The notes below the pieces were generated by a model. That model saw only the letters and a program-made list of their open reading frames with translations. It made no database searches and had not been told where the DNA came from. DNA of 64,000 nucleotides from Macrostomum lignano (Eukaryota), in assembly GCA_002269645.1 (NCBI GenBank), contig NIVC01002202.1:1-64000 (forward strand), in the 5' to 3' direction. A program made the position numbers and the translations under genes. Positions 47,372 to 60,374 of the stretch are shown piece by piece; the stretch's first letter is position 1, and each line of letters begins with the position of its first letter.

Positions 47372-48265
47372 GGACTGTGCTAAGTGACAGATTGTGCTAG
47401 CGACAGTTTACAGACTGCATTAGTGACAGTTTACAGACTGCGCTAGTGACAGTTTACAGACTGTGCTAAGTGACAGATTGTGCTAGCGACAGTTTACAGA
47501 CTGTGCTAGTGACAGATTGTGCTAGTGACAGTTTACAGACTGCATTAGTGACAGTTTACAGACTGCGCTAGTGACAGTTTACAGACTGTGCTAAGTGACA
47601 GATTGTGCTAGCGACAGTTTACAGACTGTGCTAGTGACAGATTGTGCTAGCGACAGTTTACAGACTGTGCTAGTGACAGATTGTGCTAGCGACAGTTTAC
47701 AGACTGCATTAGTGATAGTTTACAGACTGTGCTAGTGACAGATTGTGCTAGCGACAGTTTACAGACTGCATTAGTGATAGTTTACAGACTGTGCTAGTGA
47801 CAGTTTACAGACTGCATTAGTGACAGTTTACAGACTGTGCTAGCGACAGTTTACAGACTGCATTAGTGACAGTTTACAGACTGCATTAGTGATAGTTTAC
47901 AGACTGTGCTAGTGACAGTTTACAGACTGCATTAGTGATAGTTTACAGACTGTGCTAGTGACAGTTTACAGACTGCATTAGTGACAGTTTACACACTGTG
48001 CTAGTGACAGTTTACAGACTGTGCTAGCGACAGTTTACAGACTGCATTAGTGACAGTTTACAGACTGCGCTAGCGACAGTTTACAGACTGCATTAGTGAC
48101 AGTTTACAGACTGTGCTAGCGACAGTTTAGAGACTGCATTAGCGACAGTTTACAGACTGCATTAGTGACAGTTTACAGACTGCGCTAGGGACAGTTTACA
48201 GACTGCATTCGTGACAGATTACAGACTGTGCTAGTGACAGCTTACAGACTGCGCTAGCGACAGTT
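47372..48265 (-). repeat. Same 23-bp satellite in inverted orientation (about 0.9 kb)
   Basis: Units read TGCTAGTGACAGTTTACAGACTG, the reverse complement of the 38298-46905 unit. Confidence 0.97.
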
Positions 48266-48617
48266 GCTTGCAGCACTCGAAGTCAATGAAAGCATGTCAT
48301 TTATAGACTCAGAAATCAACGAATTCCGACTACTTGTCTTGTGGGCAGATCCTCAGCTCTCGTGAATGCCTCACTGACTTCTCCTGATTGCAGTCAAGCT
48401 TCTTAGCTTTCATGGATTGCTCCTTGAGCCCTGGAGTCTGTCAAATACCATTTTCCGATCCAGGACAGTCTTAAAAACGTTTTTGAACAGCTATTTGTTG
48501 ACTTTGTTGGCAGTTTCTCTTTAAAAAAGATTTTTTAAGACCATTTTTCAATTCGACAAGGAAAATTTTTTAAATCAAAAGCAATTTTTCCTAGAAGTGA
48601 CGGCATGGCTATTTTTT

Positions 48618-49297
48618 CGGCGTCATTGTAACACCCTGTTGGCGTCATTGTAACACCCTGTTGGCGTCACTGCAACACCCTGTTGGCATCACTGCAACAC
48701 CCTGTTGGCGTCATTGTAACACCCTGTTGGCGTCATTGTAACACCCTGTTGGCGTCATTGTAACACCCTGTTGGCGTCATTGTAATTGTAACACTCTGTC
48801 GGCGTCACTGTAACACCCTGTCGGCGTCATTGTAACACCCTGTTGGCGTCATTGTAATTGTAACACTCTGTCGGCGTCACTGTAACACCCTGTCGGCGTC
48901 ATTGTAACACCCTGTTGGCGTCATTGTAACACCCTGTTGGCGTCACTGCAACACCCTGTCGGCGTCATTGTAACACCCTGTTGGCGTCACTGTAACACCC
49001 TGTTGGCGTCACTGTAACACCCTGTCGGCGTCACTGTAACACCCTGTTGGCGTCATTGTAATTGTAACACCCTGTCGGCATCACTGTAACACCCTGTTGG
49101 CGTCATTGTAATTGTAACACCCTGTCGGCGTCATTGTAACACACCCTGTCGGCGTCATTGTAATTGTAACACCCTGTCGGCGTCACTGTAACACCCTGTT
49201 GGCGTCATTGTAATTGTAACACCCTGTCGGCGTCACTGTAACACCCTGTTGGCGTCATTGTAATTGTAACACCCTGTCGGCGTCACTGTAACACCCT
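48618..49297. repeat. 22-bp satellite GGCGTCA(C/T)TGTAACACCCTGT(T/C), with 28-bp variants carrying an ATTGTA duplication
   Basis: Direct periodicity. Confidence 0.95.
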
Positions 49298-49499
49298 TTT
49301 GGCGCCAATATTATGGCACTGTTTTGGCACCACTGTTGCACTTTTCTGGGCGCCACTGGTTCCTTATTTTTGCTGCCATCCTACAAGTACATTGTGAGGT
49401 TAGGGTTTTGTTTCTTCAGTAGAAACAGTTCCCAGCCTTTAAATAAGCGGCTGCTCGGCAGCGGTGGCTTCTGGTTGAGCTACAAGTTATATAATAATT

Positions 49500-49765
49500 G
49501 ATTTCACCTGCCCCAATTGGGACAGATGTGCAACCGACAGCTCAGCCGCAGCTATTGCGCGGCGCATCTGAAGGCTGCGTACGGCCGGTCAGTCCAAGGA
49601 CTGGGGGGGTCGCCACGCACACCCTCAATTACCCCAGCTAATGCTGGCACCCATTTTACAGCTGGGTATCTTGCTTAAGGACACAAATTGTTCCGAGTGG
49701 GTCGAGAATCGAACCCCCGACCTTTCAGTCGTCAGTGCGACGCTCTGACCACTACGGTAGGCTGC
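49500..49765 (-). mobile_element. tRNA-derived SINE, copy 2 (longer)
   Basis: Minus strand GTAGTGGTCAGAGCGTCGCACTG...GGGTTCGATTCTCG, then AACAATTTGTGTCCTTAAGCAAGA shared with copy 1 and CCCAGCTGTAAAATGGGTGCC. Confidence 0.82.
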
Positions 49766-50782
49766 AACCCCAAGTTAATTCCACTGATCTGGCGGTTGAA
49801 GTCGCTGCATGCGCCAGCTGATCCCGTCATTAGTTATTAATGAGCTGATGCAGCCCTCCTGTCTCTCTATTCCGGAATCCAACACACTGAGGTGGGGCAG
49901 CTGGTACCCTTCCTGATCTCCCTCACTTCCCCCCCCCCTCTGCGTCTCTCCACCACCCCCCCCCCAGCATCTCAAGGGGCAGCTCCACCGGCGGCGAGCC
50001 ACTCGAGCACGGAGTCCGCATCAATATTCGGCGTCTCAACTCAGTCCCCACCTGATCCCTTCGCTAGGCCGCGCGATCTTCCATCCGATGAGGTCCCGAG
50101 GCCTCAAACCCTTGCGTCTGTCGCTTCGCACCGATGGCGTTTAAGAGGCGCAAAGTGCTTGAAGTTTTTTTCCTGCACCAAACAGCTTCTCCTCCTTTGC
50201 ATGTTCGAGCTTCGAACTTTTGAGAACTTTTTTCTCATCTCTCGTTTTCGTTTCGGTGCGGCGACTCAAATTCTCGAACGATTTGCTCAAAACTTTCTTG
50301 GGTTTTTAACAAACTCGTCTCGAAGCTGCATCAGCTCCCCTGGACACTGTACTCGCAAATAATCGTTTGTCGCTAACTCAACGGAAAGTTTTCTCCGTTT
50401 GTTTCTCAAGGACTACTCAAGTTTAGGGGGCCGGTTTTTTTTCAGATAAATACACTACGGAGATAGGAAGTTTTCATTTTTTCAGCACAAAATAATTGTG
50501 TTATTTCTTTCAATCGGAGGCAGACCCAATGTTCATCTTCTGATATTTTGTGCCTTTCTTATAGCTCTATTGATATTCATAAAGCTTTTCGTTCAGAAAA
50601 TTAGAGTTCTTTGTTAATTTTTTTTTCTACGAGTACGTAACATTGTACATTTCCTGTGCCTAAAACCATTAAAAATGTCACGGCTCGGCTCATTAGTTTT
50701 ATGAATCTATTTTTAATTCTTAGCTGACTTTGTGACAATGCGTGTAGCAGAGATGAAAAAGAAAATTGATTCAAAATACTGA

Positions 50783-52172
50783 CAATCAAATGTCACTGAT
50801 AATCAATTGCCACTGACAGTCAAATTTCACTGATTGTCAAATATCACTGACAGTCAAATGTCACTGTTGTTAAATGTCACTGACAGTCAAATGTCACTGG
50901 CAGTCAAATGTCACTGTTGTTAAATGGCACTGACAGTCAAATGTCACTGGCAGTCAAGTGTCACTGATTGTCAAATGTCACTGATTGTTAAATGTCACTG
51001 ACAGTTAAATGTCACTGGCAGTCAGATGTCACTGATTGTCAAATGTCACTGACAGTCAAATGTCACTGACAGTCAAATGTCACTGATTGTAAAATGTCAC
51101 TGACAGTCAAATGTCACTGACAGTCAAATGTCACTGATTGTCAAATGTCACTGATAGTCAAATGTCACTGACAGTCAAATGTCACTGATTGTCAAATGTC
51201 ACTGATTGTCAAATATCACTGATTGTCAAATATCACTGATTGTCAAATCTCACTGTTGTTAAATGTCACTGACAGTCAAATGTCACTGGCAGTCAAGTGT
51301 CACTGATTGTCAAATGTCACTGATTTTCAAATGTCACTGATTGTCAAATATCACTGACAGTCAAATGTCACTGTTGTTAAATGTCACTGACAGTCAAATG
51401 TCACTAGCAGTTAAATGTCACTGTTGTTAAATGTCACTGACAGTCAAATGTCACTGGCAGTCAAGTGTCACTGATTGTCAAATGTCACTGATTGTTAAAT
51501 GTCACTGACAGTTAAATGTCACTGGCAGTCAAGTGTCACTGATTGTCAAATGTCACTGATTGTCAAATATCACTAATTGTCAAATGTCACTGATTTTCAA
51601 ATGTCACTGACAGTTAAATGTCACTGGCAGTCAAGTGTCACTGATTTTCAAATGTCACTGACAGTCAAATGTCACTGACAGTCAAATTTCACTGACAGTC
51701 AAATGTCTTTGACAGTCAAATGTCACTGGCAGTCAAATGTCACTGATCGTCAAATGTCACTGATCGTCAAATGTCACTGATAGTCAAATGTTACTGATAG
51801 TCAAATGTCACTGATAGTCAAATGTCACTGACAGTCAAATGTCACTGATAGTCAAATGTTACTGATAGTCAAATGTCACTGATAGTCAAATGTCACTGAC
51901 AGTCAAATGTCACTGATAGTCAAATGTTACTGATAATCAAATGTCACTGATAGTCAAATGTCACTGATAGTCAAATGTCACTGATAGTCAAATGTCACTG
52001 ATAGTCAAATGTCACTGATAGTCAAATGTCACTGATAGTCAAATGTCACTGATAGTCAAATGTCACTGATAGTCAAATGTAACCGACAGTCAAAAATCAC
52101 TGATAGTCAAATATCACTGATTGTCAAATGTCACTGACAGTCAAATGTCACTGGCAGTCAAATGTCACTGAC
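50783..52172. repeat. Satellite, unit about 18-20 bp around AAATGTCACTGA(CA/TA/TT)GTC
   Basis: Direct periodicity; the TGTCACTGACA palindrome occurs in many units. Confidence 0.95.
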
Positions 52173-53097
52173 AGTAAAATGTCGTAGGCCCATTTGCGAG
52201 TGCAACATCTTTCTACTTCAGTTCTTCATGCTTGTAAGAATTTAATTCAGCGCCATTTCCAGCTGAATTTTTTGGGACTCCAGGCTCATTCTGCGCCAAA
52301 ACCGACTATCATCAATTCCTAATTTCATTACCGTCCCACCATCTGCTGGCTGTCTGCGCTAAATCCCACTGCAAATCTGTCTTCCCATTTCTATGGCGAT
52401 CCTTCCCCTCTTTTTCAGCGTCCTCGACCGGCTCCATCATAGCTAATTTCAAGTGCCAAAACCAAATATAGAGATCTGAGGGGGTGGGGGGTGTAGAAGA
52501 GCCACGGGCTGAGGGTCCCGTGGGACAATGTGTGCTCAACGCTACCTCACCTCCCCGAGGATTCTCCCCCCCTTTTCACTCATCGACTCGAGTGAGGCGA
52601 AACAGAAGCGGAGTTAAGCAGGCAGCCACAGACCGACTCGAGCTCGGGCGGCAGTCTTCAACTGATGCAAAATTAATTGCGGCTTCTCGAATAATTTTGT
52701 TTTAGCGGCCGGCCAGTGAAGAGAGCTGGGCGGCACGGGCAGGTGAGGATCCGGTTGCCACGGGCGGGGCATCATCTGCTCGAATCCATTTGTCGATTTT
52801 TCCATTTCTGCTACGGCAACCCTTCGGTTGATTGGCGCGTCGAGAGCGCCAGCTGAAGCACACCGGGGGGCACAAAGCGATTTCCTGATCCCAGCTCTGT
52901 CCGACTGTCCTTCATGGATAATTCAGCCGCAGCCGCCTCAAAGCCGAGTAAAGGGGGGGGGAGGGTTGGTAGAGCGGCTTTCCGCTGTTACAGGCCCGAT
53001 CGCAATTCCAACACAGCGGCTCCACCGCACCGCTTGTCTTGATTCGATCAGGCGTACCGACTCTCCCGCCTTCCTGCCTGTCCTTGTGTGTCCCCGC

Positions 53098-53130
<33 letters not shown>
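53098..53130. repeat. (CT)n microsatellite
   Basis: Direct reading. Confidence 0.9.
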
Positions 53131-53131
<1 letters not shown>

Positions 53132-53721
53132 GGTTTCCCTGTTTAGCACACGTCTAATATTCATTTGTTCTCCCTGTATGCCCTCCGCGGGTCTCTCTCT
53201 CTCTCTTATTTATTCGCTGCAGAAGCGGCTGCGACCCAAACTTGATCCTTCAATCTATCAGGGGGGGGGGGCTCGAAGCGCTGGAGCGTCACTCGATCTG
53301 GTGCGCATGCGACCGAATATGATGGAGGCAAACACGGGCCCCAGCGCACAAGCCATGTTGCTTGGCTATCATTATATTTTGCTTTCTGTCCCATTCGTCT
53401 TTTTGCTCAGCCGGCCACACCCCAGCGGCTCCCGCCTCGTCAGGGCCGAAAGGCTGCGGATCTCCCCGCTGTGCCCCCAGAGTGTCGCTCGCTTGAGCGC
53501 TTTGCCCGCCTGAGTAACTGCTGTGTAGCCATTTGTCGAGTAGATGAACACACCAACTTTCACGGTTGGGAGCTGTGCGTACTTTCTGCCAAGATGTCTC
53601 ATTCACTGATTTCTATGTGTCTGCTTCTAGTTCAAGTTCTGCTTTTACTTCTGCTTCGCAGGTGCGAATTTGAGCACGCATTCCATCTTAAATTCGAGAG
53701 CAAATGCTACTGCAGCTAGAA

Positions 53722-54062
<341 letters not shown>

Positions 54063-54180
54063 ACTGCAACTAGAGTCGTACGAGTATCATGACAGATCTG
54101 TAACTTCTTTGCTAAAACGGAAGCATTTAGTTATTGATTTTGTTGAACCTTGCGCTTATTTACACCGGGTTCGCCTCTCT

Positions 54181-54215
54181 CTCACACACACACACACACA
54201 TACACACACACACAC
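54181..54215. repeat. (CA)n microsatellite
   Basis: Direct reading. Confidence 0.9.
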
Positions 54216-54746
54216 CTGTTGCATCCATCAGTTGGAAGTCAACTCCCACGTCAAAAGATTCCTGCCAAAGCCAGACTTGTCCAGGGCATCCGCCTTGGTG
54301 TTGCTGCACCGGTGCACTTCCTTTCCGCTGGCTGGAGAGGGGGTCTGGAGGCAGCTGGAGGACTTGCAGAAGAACCAGCCTGCAGGTACTGCCTCTCCAT
54401 CTCTGCCCCGATGTCATTGTCTCCGCGCTCCATTCAGCCTCTACGTGCAACTGCAGAGGTTCTCACCTGAGCTCTTCATCTCCTGCAATTCTGCGTGAAT
54501 TTCTCCAGTCTCTGGCGAGCTTCCATCTGCACGAGCCTGTCTTTGGGTTCAACACTGACTTGCTTGAATTTGCACTTATAATAAATTTATCGAATTCAGC
54601 TTATCTGCGATCCCCCATCGTTTTAGGTTGAAGCAATGCATTGTTAAAATTCTTATTTGAAATTTGCTTTTAAAATAATTTATTTATTGATCCGGTAGGC
54701 TTGCGGCGAAGCTAATGTCTCCTCTAGGCGTAAGCTAAAATTGGGT

Positions 54747-54932
<186 letters not shown>

Positions 54933-54997
54933 TTTCAAAAGCCAGAGTCAAAGCAAAGCAAGGTCCTCAGTCGCAGTCCAGGAGTTATCCCGAGGTC

Positions 54998-55726
54998 CTA
55001 GACGCTGGTCTCCTGGGGTCTGAGCTCGTCGATCTCGTCAGCCGGCTTCGAAGCGGCGACGCAGTCGCAGCCTCCGTCAGGCAGCTCAGCCGTGGCGGGC
55101 GCGGCGCCTCTCTGCTTGGAGTCGATGAGGCGCGCAGTCTCCGTGAGCGAGGGCGGCAGCTTCGGCTTGGCCTCGCCGCAGAGCTCCTTCTTGAAGTGCT
55201 GATCGTTGAAGAAGTAGATGAACACGTTCACGATGGAGTCGGTGACCGACAGGATGTACGTAACCTGGAATATCCTGATGGCGACGCTCCTGGACACTTT
55301 GGTGTACACTTTGAACACGAAGAAGACGATGGCCCGGGGACCTTCGAGCAGAGCGAAAGTCAGGGAGAAGATGAACACCATGCGGGTGATCTTCTTGTTG
55401 CGCTCCGAGCTGTTCACCATGCTGTTCGAGCGCAGCGACACCACCAGCAGGACCGACGAGGTGATGATCACCACCAGAGGGATGGTCTGGCTGAGCAGCG
55501 TCCAGAACATGTTGACGGTGTCGCGGTTCCTCGACTTGCTCAGCATCACGTGCAGCAGCAGAATTCCGCGGCGCTGCCAGCCGGTCGTGTTGCAGGCGTT
55601 GAACTCCAGGCTGAGGAAGTTGCGCGTGTTGATGAGGTAGGACCGGGCCAGACTCAGCGACACCACCAGGACCAGCTTCAGCGCGAAGATCAGCGATATG
55701 CGGCGAAGGCTATACATCTGGCTCAC
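54998..55726 (-). CDS. Orphan class A GPCR, exon 2 of 2 (TM4-TM7 and C-tail); spliced protein 410 aa
   Basis: cccgcag|gtg agc; TM5 LSQTIPLVVIITSSVLLVVSL; TM6 KITRMVFIFSLTFALLEGP; TM7 DSIVNVFIYFFNDQHFKKEL (NPxxY plus helix 8 equivalent). Stop TAG at 54998. Confidence 0.88.
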   Translation of the reverse strand: MSQMYSLRRISLIFALKLVLVVSLSLARSYLINTRNFLSLEFNACNTTGWQRRGILLLHVMLSKSRNRDTVNMFWTLLSQTIPLVVIITSSVLLVVSLRSNSMVNSSERNKKITRMVFIFSLTFALLEGPRAIVFFVFKVYTKVSRSVAIRIFQVTYILSVTDSIVNVFIYFFNDQHFKKELCGEAKPKLPPSLTETARLIDSKQRGAAPATAELPDGGCDCVAASKPADEIDELRPQETSV

Positions 55727-55896
55727 CTGCGGGAGGGACGGTGCGTGGTCAATTTGATTGAAACTTGCCTACTGTTATGAGGTTTGTGTTATGAGGTATG
55801 TTCATTTGCGGTTTGTGTACGAAAATTTACGAGAGCCGGTGGTCAACTCGCAACTGCCCGCAATCGCCTCCTGCCAATATTTATTGCTGCTTTTAC

Positions 55897-56400
55897 CTGC
55901 ACATTCGTCCGACGAGTTGCCACGTAGCAGCGCAGCAGGGCGGTGATGGCCACCCAGCAGTTGCGGCTGAACTGCGACACCACGGACAGGTAGGCGAACA
56001 GAGTCAACAGGTTGTACACCAGGGTGGTCAGGCCGGAGCTCTCCGTCGGCATGTACAGCGAGTAGGCGAACAGCAGGGACTCGTTGGCGTCAAGCTGGGC
56101 ATTGAGCCCGGCCCAGTGGTACAGGCCCTTCACGGAGACGGTCATGATGGTGTACGTCACGGCGCTGGTCAGGCAGAAGGACACCTCGCACACGGACAGG
56201 AACACCAGGAACAGGTGGAAGCTGTTCCTGCTGCCGGACTTGTTGAACACCCGGACGAAGACCACCAGGGACAGGATGTTGAGCACCAAGCCGAGGCAGG
56301 ACACCGCTATGGTCAGCGAGTTGAAGACAGTCTCGCCGAAGTCCTTCGTCCTAGCGAAGTACTCGGTCTCGTTGAGGGCGGCGCATTCGCCTTGCAGCAT
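55897..56400 (-). CDS. Orphan class A (rhodopsin-like) GPCR, exon 1 of 2 (TM1-TM3)
   Basis: ctccgccATG context; N-glycosylation site NET; TM1 LGLVLNILSLVVF (GN motif); TM2 HLFLVFLSVCEV; TM3 end ITALLRCYVA. Phase-0 donor cag|gtaaaa. Confidence 0.85.
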
Positions 56401-56717
56401 GGCGGAGCTGGCGGGCAGTTGCTGGGGCTGAGAGGAGCGGCGGCAGCGGCGCCGAGGTCGAACAGCGGCGGAAATAAAGAAGCCAGTCTTGACGACCTGG
56501 GCGGAGGGGCTGCGGCAGCTGCATCGGCACTGGTTGCACCGGCTTGGGCCAATCCAGGGCGCTCCAGTATCGATTTGAGGTATTGTACGAGCGCGGAAAA
56601 AAATAGGTCGCTTTCGTTTCTTAGAAACATTTTGATGTGACTCACCTGTCGCTTCTTCTTGCAATGCGTTAAAAATTTTATTATTTTATGAACGAAAATT
56701 CAAATTATAGAGGGTAA

Positions 56718-59380
56718 TCAGAATCGCCCCATCAGATAGTGAGAATCGCCCCATCAGATAATGAGAATCGCCCCCATCAGATAATGAGAATCGCCCCATC
56801 AGATAATGAGAATCGACCCATCAGATAATGAGAATCGCCCCCTCAGATAATGAGAATCGCTCCATCAGATGATGAGAATCGCTCCATCAGATGATGAGAA
56901 TCGCCCGATCAAATAACGAGAATCGCCCCATCAGATAATGAGAATCGCCCCATCAGATGATGAGAATCGCCCCATCAGATGATGAGAATGGCCCCATCAG
57001 ATAACGGGAATCGCCCCATCAGATAATGAGAATCGCCCTATCAGATGATGAGAATCGCCCTATCAGATACTAAGAATCGCCCCATCAGCTGATGAGAATG
57101 GCCCCATCAGATAATGAGAATCGCCCCATCAGATGATGAGAATCGCCCCATCAGATGATGAGAATCGCCCTATCAGATACTAAGAATCGCCCCATCAGCT
57201 GATGAGAATGGCCCCATCAGATAATGAGAATCGCCCCATCAGATGATGAGAATGGCCCCATCAGATAATGAGAATGGCCCCATCAGATAACGAGAATCGC
57301 CCCATCAGATAATGAGAATGCCCCATCAGATAATGAGAATGGCCCCATCAGATAATGAGAATCGCCCCATCAGATAATGAGAATCACCCCATCAGATAAT
57401 GAGAATCGCCCCATCAGATAATGAGAACCGCCCGATCAGATAACGAGAATCGCCCCATCAGATAATGAGAATCGCCCCATCAGATGATGAGAATGGCCCC
57501 ATCAGATAATGAGAATCGCCCCATCAGATAACGAGAATCGCCCCATCAGATAATGAGAATCGCCCCATCAGATGATGAGAATCGCCCTATCAGATACTAA
57601 GAATCGCCCCATCAGATAATGAGAATCGCCCATTCAGATGATGAGAATCGCCCCATCAGATAATGAGAATCGCCCCATCAGATAATGAGAATCGCCCCAT
57701 CAGATAACGAGAATCGCCCCATCAGATGATGAGAATCGCCCGATCAGATAACGAGAATCGCCCCATCAGATAATGAGAATCGCCCCATCAGATAATGAGA
57801 ATCGCCCATTCAGATACTAAGAATCGCCCCATCAGATAATGAGAATCGCCCATTCAGATGATGAGAATCGCCCTATCAGATACTAAGAATCGCCCCATCA
57901 GATGATGAGAATCGCCCGATCAAATAACGAGAATCGCCCCATCAGATAATGAGAATCGCCCCATCAGATGATGAGAATCGCCCTATCAGATACTAAGAAT
58001 CGCCCCATCAGCTGATGAGAATGGCCCCATCAGATAATGAGAATGGCCCCATCAGATAATGAGAATCGCCCCATCAGATGATGAGAATCGCCCCATCAGA
58101 TAGTGAGAATCGCCCCATCAGATGATGAGAATCGCCCCATCAGATAATGAGAATCGCCCCATCAGATGATGAGAATCGCCCTATCAGATACTAAGAATCG
58201 CCCCATCAGCTGATGAGAATCGCCCCATCAGATAATGAGAATCGCCCATTCAGATGATGAGAATCGCCCCATCAGATAGTGAGAATCGCCCCATCAGATG
58301 ATGAGAATAGCCCTAGCAGATCATGAGAATCGCCCCCATCGGGTAATGAGAATCGCCCCCATCGGGTAATGAGAATTGCCCTAGCAGATAATGAGAATCG
58401 CCCCCATCAGATAATGAGAATCGCCCCATCAGATAATGAAAATCGCCCCATCAGATAATGAGAATCGCCCCATCAGATAATGAGAATCGCCCTATCAGAT
58501 ACTAAGAATCGCCCCATCAGATGATGAGAATCGCCCCATCAGATAATGAGAATCGCCCATTCAGATGATGAGAATCGCCCCATCAGATAGTGAGAATCGC
58601 CCCATCAGATGATGAGAATCGCCCCATCAGATAATGAAAATCGCCCCATCAGATGATGAGAATCGCCCTATCAGATACTAAGAATCGCCCCATCAGCTGA
58701 TGAGAATCGCCCCATCAGATAATGAGAATCGCCCATTCAGATGATGAGAATCGCCCCATCAGATAATGAGAATCGCCCCATCAGATGATGAGAATCGCCC
58801 TAGCAGATCATGAGAATCGCCCCCATCGGGTAATGAGAATCGCCCCCATCGGGTAATGAGAATTGCCCCATCAGATAATGAGAATCGCCCCCATCAGATA
58901 ATGAGAATCGCCCCATCAGATAATGAGAATGGCCCCATCAGATAATGAGAATCGCCCCATCAGATAATGAGAATCGCCCCATCAGATAATGAGAATCGCC
59001 CCATCAGATAATGAGAATCGCCCATTCAGATGATGAGAATCGCCCCATCAGATAATGAGAATCGCCCCATCAGATGATGAGAATCGCCCTAGCAGATCAT
59101 GAGAATCGCCCCCATCGGGTAATGAGAATCGCCCCCATCGGGTAATGAGAATTGCCCCATCAGATAATGAGAATCGCCCCCATCAGATAATGAGAATCGC
59201 CCCATCAGATAATGAGAATGGCCCCATCAGATAATGAGAATCGCCCATTCAGATAATGAGAATCGCCCATTCAGATAATGAGAATCGCCCATTCAGATAA
59301 TGAGAATCGCCCCATCAGATAGTGAGAATCGCCCATTCAGATAATGAGAATCGCCCCATCAGATAATGAGAATCGCCCCA
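56718..59380. repeat. 2.7-kb 22-bp satellite GAGAATCGCCCCATCAGATAAT (about 120 units) directly upstream of the GPCR
   Basis: Direct periodicity. Confidence 0.98.
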
Positions 59381-59900
59381 GACAGTGTTAGAGCTACATC
59401 AGGAAATCTGCATCACTTTAAAAAATTAACTAATTGCACAAAAAAGCAGATTTGTTTCCCCAGCCGGGCAGCATCCCCTGCAAGCATACCCATTTAGCAA
59501 GCAGCAGCTCAAATCCCACACGCTACGCAACTTCCTGAGTTGTTCATCACTAATGCGAGCTTTCTATTTCAATATTCCAGCTCATTACGGGATTCCGTTC
59601 TCACTGCGGTGCCCATGACTTTCCCAGCCTCCCATGTACTTTGCAAGATTCTCCCCATCGCCATCTGCTTTCTCTCGAACTTTTTCGCATTACGAGGATG
59701 GGGGGCGCTGGGAGATTTTGAGATAGTGACAGTGGCGGATTTCACGCCGCCGCCTTGAGGATTGAATTTGGTTTTATAATAATCCCCTTCATCTCTTGAG
59801 GCTCGAAATCTCCATTGCGAGATGAGGGACACTGGGGAGTTCACGACTAAAATAATTTCACCAATTTTCTATGTCTGCAGTGGGATGAATAATAGCTCAC

Positions 59901-60368
59901 ACTGACTCATAGTGACTCATAGTGACTCATAGTGACTCAGAGTGACTCGTAGTGACTCGTAGTGACTCATAGTAACTCATAGTGACTCATAGTAACTCAT
60001 AGTAACTCATAGTAACTCATAGCGACTTATAGTGACTCATAGTGACTCATAGTGACTCATAGTGACTCATAGTGACTCATAGTGACTCATAGTGACTCAT
60101 AGTGACTCATAGTGACTCATAGTGACTCATAGTGACTCAGAGTGACTCATAGTGACTCATAGTAACTCATAGTGACTCATAGTGACTCATAGCGACTCAT
60201 AGTGACTCATAGTGACTCATAGCGACTCAAAGTGACTCATAGTGACTCATAGTGACTCATAGTGACTCGCAGTAGCTCATAGTGACTCAGTGACTCATAG
60301 TAACTCATAGTGACTCATAGTGACTCATAGTGATTCATAGTGACTCAATGCGACTCATTTTGACTCAT
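59901..60368. repeat. 10-bp satellite AGTGACTCAT (about 46 units), containing TGACTCA (AP-1/TRE consensus)
   Basis: Direct reading; I counted about 32 perfect TGACTCA heptamers. Confidence 0.97.
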
Positions 60369-60374
60369 TGTAAA

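Noticed and set aside
50100-50360. Lys/Glu-rich coding-like stretch on the minus strand (PKKVLSKSFENLSRR...)
   Set aside because: Bounded by stops, with no clear splice sites or family match.
54230-54480. Possible RNase H or hAT dimerisation remnant (NTKADALDKSG; PAERK)
   Set aside because: Only short motif resemblances in different frames with wrong spacing.
56401-56664. 88-aa N-terminal extension of the GPCR from the TTG start in the ORF track
   Set aside because: Non-ATG start and a strong donor (cag|gtgagt at about 56646) within it. The ATG at 56400 has good Kozak context and gives a normal N-terminus, so this is probably 5' UTR or intron.
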